DNA of 64,000 bases from a virus, in the IMG/VR virus record IMGVR_UViG_3300031997_000007, positions 7,958 to 71,957 of that record, one strand, 5' to 3'. The stretch's first letter is position 1; each line of letters opens with the position of its first letter. The translations under genes were made by a program, and so were the position numbers. Of the stretch, positions 60,429-64,000 are shown in pieces. The notes beneath the pieces were generated by a model. It did not search any database. It saw nothing but the letters and a program-made list of their open reading frames with translations, and was not told the DNA's origin.

Positions 60429-60486
60429 TTAATACCCTGTTTAAAAAACTATATAAATAATAACATTACAAATAGGAGATATAGTA

Positions 60487-60792
60487 ATGCCAACTAATAC
60501 AATAAATTTTAAAGATAAAACATTTCAAACAACCGATTTACCGCAAAATATTCAACAAACAGTATTGTTTTATGATGCTGCAATTGAGGCTCAAAAAGCA
60601 GCTGAAATTGAATTAGTTATTGCGAGTTCTGCGTCAAAACAATTATTAAGTGCTATTTCAGCACAAATTGAACAATGGGAAGCAGCAGAAGAAGCAGCTG
60701 CAGCTGCTGCAGAAGTACCTACAATACCGGATACATCTGAAGATATTCCAGTTGATGATGAAGGTGATGATCAAGAACCTATTACAGAATAA
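60487..60792 (+). CDS. Hypothetical late protein
   Basis: TATAAATA at 60452-60459; AGGAG RBS. Confidence 0.7.
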   Translation: MPTNTINFKDKTFQTTDLPQNIQQTVLFYDAAIEAQKAAEIELVIASSASKQLLSAISAQIEQWEAAEEAAAAAAEVPTIPDTSEDIPVDDEGDDQEPITE

Positions 60793-60807
60793 AATTATAC
60801 TGATTAT

Positions 60808-60835
60808 AAAAAAGCCTCTTAATTGAGGCTTTTTT
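60808..60835. terminator. Bidirectional intrinsic terminator
   Basis: AAAAAAGCCTC-TTAATT-GAGGCTTTTT between convergent genes. Confidence 0.88.
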
Positions 60836-60840
60836 ATTGT

Positions 60841-62448
60841 TTACTTAGATATATAACCGTCCTTCCACCACTTTGGTATAAACGATTTCATTTGATTGTA
60901 TAAGTGTTGCCATGACTCGTCTAAAATATATACAACTCCCCAATCATCTTTTGATCGAACAATACGACCACAACCCTGTATTACATCCGTGAGTGTTCGT
61001 ATTTTATACCAATGTGAAGAAATGGTCATGCGGGCCTTAATCCATGCATCTCCCATAGCTCCAAATGGTATTTTAACAAATATTGCAAACCTTGCTTTTT
61101 CTTCAAATAAATCTAAACCTTCAGTAATACTAGGTGATATTAATAATGTTGGTTGTTTCGCAGTTGTAAATAATTTAAGTACAGTATCTCTTGAATCAGT
61201 TGAACCAATATTGTGGTGTAAAATTTCATGAGTTTCATTATCTTGTAATTCCTCTACCAACCATTGAGCAATGGCATAATTACCTGTATGAATAATCCCA
61301 TGATTATCTTTATGATTAACTAATATGTTCAAAATTGCTTTAATCATTTTTCTACGATCAGAACTGTTCTCACTATTATTCCAACTATAATTCATTTTCA
61401 TAATTGGATTATATAACACTGGCCTGTTTTCTGCTGGGAAATCAGACTGAACCGACATATATGCTGTTTCATTTTCAGGTATACCTAAACACCTACACAT
61501 TTCAATTGCATCAAAAATTGTTGCAGACATAAATAAAAATTTATCAGCTTTTTTTTGTAAAATTCTTCTAAAATTATCTCGCCCAAATAGGAACTTAAAT
61601 TTTATTGAGTCTTTATCATGAGTTAATACGTATTGTCTTTGTAATTTAATAATATCGGTTATTATAAATTGATGTACTAACCTTAAATGTTCTGTTAAAC
61701 TATATAATATTTGTAATTGATGTACTTCTTCTCTAGACAATGTTGAAGATTGTTGGGTTAACAAATACTCACAGTCGCTTGTTAATTGATCTAACACATC
61801 ATCCATTCTAGGAAAATATTCATATTTAATCCATTCTATAACTTCTTCAAACTCTCGTGATTTAACTAGTTTTATTCCATTATGCTCACATGAACTCGCA
61901 GTTATTGAAATATTATTATACTCTGTTAAAATATTTTCAATATTGTGTGCCTCATCAAACACAATTACATTTCTTGGTGCAAATGAATCTGTATATTGAA
62001 ACGCAGTTAATGCAAGTGCATAATTAAATATTACATGTTTAGCAGCAATTGCTAATTTTTTTGCGTTTTGATATGGACAATTAGAACAACGGGGTTTTAA
62101 TAATGCACCAATATTACATGTAGTTTTTTTTTCTGTACATTTATAATTACTTTGACCATACATTGATTGCATAAAACTCTCACGTACGTCTTCACCCATA
62201 AATGATTTCTCATATTGAGTTTGTAATATTTTTTGGGGAGTCATTATAAATGATGCTTGATAACCATTCCCGTTAGTTGCATTAACCCATTTAGCATACG
62301 TAACACCAATTGGAGATTTGCCTGCACCTACCGGTAATTCACAAAATAAATATTTTTTATCTTTATTTGCTTCTAACCAAAGTAATGTTTTTATCTGATT
62401 AGGTCTTGGTTCACTTCCTTCAAGAGCCCAATAATCCATGATAGACAT
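60841..62448 (-). CDS. DinG/Rad3-like SF2 helicase
   Basis: PVGAGKS, Cys cluster, DEAH, MSAT, EGLD and QGCGRIVRSKDDWG; promoter TTGATT-N17-TATAAT at 62475-62503. Confidence 0.92.
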   Translation of the reverse strand: MSIMDYWALEGSEPRPNQIKTLLWLEANKDKKYLFCELPVGAGKSPIGVTYAKWVNATNGNGYQASFIMTPQKILQTQYEKSFMGEDVRESFMQSMYGQSNYKCTEKKTTCNIGALLKPRCSNCPYQNAKKLAIAAKHVIFNYALALTAFQYTDSFAPRNVIVFDEAHNIENILTEYNNISITASSCEHNGIKLVKSREFEEVIEWIKYEYFPRMDDVLDQLTSDCEYLLTQQSSTLSREEVHQLQILYSLTEHLRLVHQFIITDIIKLQRQYVLTHDKDSIKFKFLFGRDNFRRILQKKADKFLFMSATIFDAIEMCRCLGIPENETAYMSVQSDFPAENRPVLYNPIMKMNYSWNNSENSSDRRKMIKAILNILVNHKDNHGIIHTGNYAIAQWLVEELQDNETHEILHHNIGSTDSRDTVLKLFTTAKQPTLLISPSITEGLDLFEEKARFAIFVKIPFGAMGDAWIKARMTISSHWYKIRTLTDVIQGCGRIVRSKDDWGVVYILDESWQHLYNQMKSFIPKWWKDGYISK

Positions 62449-62545
62449 TGTAATCCTTATTTATATAATTGTATATTATATAATACTTTTTTATATAAAT
62501 CAAGTTTTATTTACACAGGGTTCATTTACCAAATGAAATTAAAGC

Positions 62546-63097
62546 TTAATAATATGTATACCCATATAGTTTTTCCTTAATGACTATCGTTGACATGTGT
62601 GCGTCTGTTATTATAGAATTACGTGATGCTATTTTATAATTTGTTCTAGTTACTATACTAGTTGCATAATGTCTCATAGGCCCATCACGAAAACTATAAT
62701 ATATTATTTCAGGAACAAACATAGAAACTAACTTAGAATATTGTTTGACAAAATCCATAATTATGTGTTTTGGACACTCTACACTCCATTTTAAATAACA
62801 TACAGTTGGAGTTGCTTTGAGATCTGTATTTCTAGGTTTTGTTTGCATAAATGCCCAATTATTATAAGATATTTCAGTATAATTAGGTGATAATAAGTAA
62901 TTAACACGTTTTACTAATACGTATAGTTTACTTGCAAATATATCAATATCAAATACCGGTACTGATAAATTTTGAAACGAATCACTATCGTTAATTGGTT
63001 CTTTTTTACTTATTATCGCATGTTGTTTGATATAATTTAAATCATCTTCATCATGCATAAGTTCAACTGGTGTATTTGTTATTTCATTTATTTTCAT
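62546..63097 (-). CDS. Hypothetical protein, MKINEIT paralog
   Basis: ORF track. Confidence 0.7.
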   Translation of the reverse strand: MKINEITNTPVELMHDEDDLNYIKQHAIISKKEPINDSDSFQNLSVPVFDIDIFASKLYVLVKRVNYLLSPNYTEISYNNWAFMQTKPRNTDLKATPTVCYLKWSVECPKHIIMDFVKQYSKLVSMFVPEIIYYSFRDGPMRHYATSIVTRTNYKIASRNSIITDAHMSTIVIKEKLYGYTYY

Positions 63098-63599
63098 ATT
63101 ATTTAACTTCTGAAAGTAATATTGTAACTCTATGTAACCATTTCTGTGTACTATGTTCTGGTAATGCCGCTGTATGTACTTGAGTTTTATACAATTTTTT
63201 ACCTGTATAACCTTTGCGTTTATAATATATAGTTTCAGGGATAAATGAAGAAACTAAACCAGAATAAACTTTAACAAACTCCATAATTATACTTTTCGGG
63301 CAACTCATCTTCCATTTTACATAACCTGTAGTTATATAAACTACACCTTGTATATGTAAGAGTTCTTGTGATTTATAATTAATTTCTGTATATGTAGGTG
63401 ATAATAATTTATTAAATCGTGTTATTACTACATTTAATTTAGCTTCGAACACTTTAATATTTTCAACTGATAAATTCTGAAATGGATCATCGTTAATTGG
63501 TTCTTTTTTACTTATTATCGCATGTTGTTTGATATAATTTAAATCATCTTCATCATGCATAAGTTCAACTGGTGTATTTGTTATTTCATTTATTTTCAT
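62987..63599. repeat. 111-bp identical direct repeat (62987-63097 and 63489-63599)
   Basis: Read base by base; encodes the first 37 codons of both paralogs. Confidence 0.92.
63099..63599 (-). CDS. Hypothetical protein, MKINEIT paralog
   Basis: ORF track. Confidence 0.7.
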   Translation of the reverse strand: MKINEITNTPVELMHDEDDLNYIKQHAIISKKEPINDDPFQNLSVENIKVFEAKLNVVITRFNKLLSPTYTEINYKSQELLHIQGVVYITTGYVKWKMSCPKSIIMEFVKVYSGLVSSFIPETIYYKRKGYTGKKLYKTQVHTAALPEHSTQKWLHRVTILLSEVK

Positions 63600-63623
63600 G
63601 TTGTAATCTCAAGATAATAGGGC

Positions 63624-64000
63624 TTAATATTTATTGTAATCATAAAATAAAATTACAACAGAATTGATATTAATTCCCTGCATTGTGTGTACATATGTGT
63701 AATACCAATCTTCAGGACCGATTACATCAGGTGCTATATAAACCGTCACTGGTAAGAAATTATTTACTAAGTCTACATACTTCTTAACAAATTGCATAAG
63801 TATATCCGCTGGATAATCTTGATGCCAAAGTATTCTATATCGACCGCCAATATTCTGTATAGTATATTTACCATCTTCTCCCCAAGCAAGCCCGTGTGGA
63901 AACGTAATACTGGAATAATGTTTAACTAAACTTGCTAATTTATCTCTGAATATATCAAAATATACTTCAGATTTGTGCTCAATTTTGTTTTGAAATTTAT
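63624..64000 (-). CDS. Partial third paralog (5' end beyond the window)
   Basis: FDIFRDKL..LVK...W...P..ILMQFVKKYVDLVNNFLPVTVY aligns with the two paralogs. Confidence 0.65.
   Translation of the reverse strand, partial: KFQNKIEHKSEVYFDIFRDKLASLVKHYSSITFPHGLAWGEDGKYTIQNIGGRYRILWHQDYPADILMQFVKKYVDLVNNFLPVTVYIAPDVIGPEDWYYTYVHTMQGININSVVILFYDYNKY

Noticed and set aside
62546-63599. Diversity-generating retroelement template/variable repeat pair
   Set aside because: The repeats are identical and N-terminal with no adenine-specific differences, and no reverse transcriptase is in the window
1-64000. Stop-codon reassignment
   Set aside because: Core genes are full length in code 11 and end in TAA, TAG or TGA; no suppressor tRNA seen

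Overview
AT-rich segment of a T4-related jumbo myophage genome in standard genetic code. Sigma70-type early promoters and a lipobox suggest a Gram-negative host. It contains a head module (gp21 protease, acidic gp67-like core, intein-containing gp20 portal) and tail/baseplate modules (tape measure, gp26/gp51-like, gp5, gp25, gp6, a 2988-aa virion protein, fibre proteins, gp27-like hub with lysozyme, gp53, gp48/54). Replication and recombination genes include RNase H, sliding clamp, intein-containing PolB, gp55 late sigma, gp47/46, RuvC, gp41 DnaB and DinG. The standout region is 38.1-40.7 kb. A chain of Trp/Pro-rich micro-ORFs precedes a 20-codon leader peptide with a mutually exclusive antiterminator/terminator, followed by six tRNA genes (His, Met, Ile, Lys, Val, Pro). 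Those six isotypes account for 17 of the leader's 20 codons, which looks like a translation-sensing attenuator controlling phage tRNA supply. Five of the six tRNAs lack encoded CCA and sit in extended acceptor-stem duplexes. All protein calls come from motif recognition by eye; no searches or folding programs were run.
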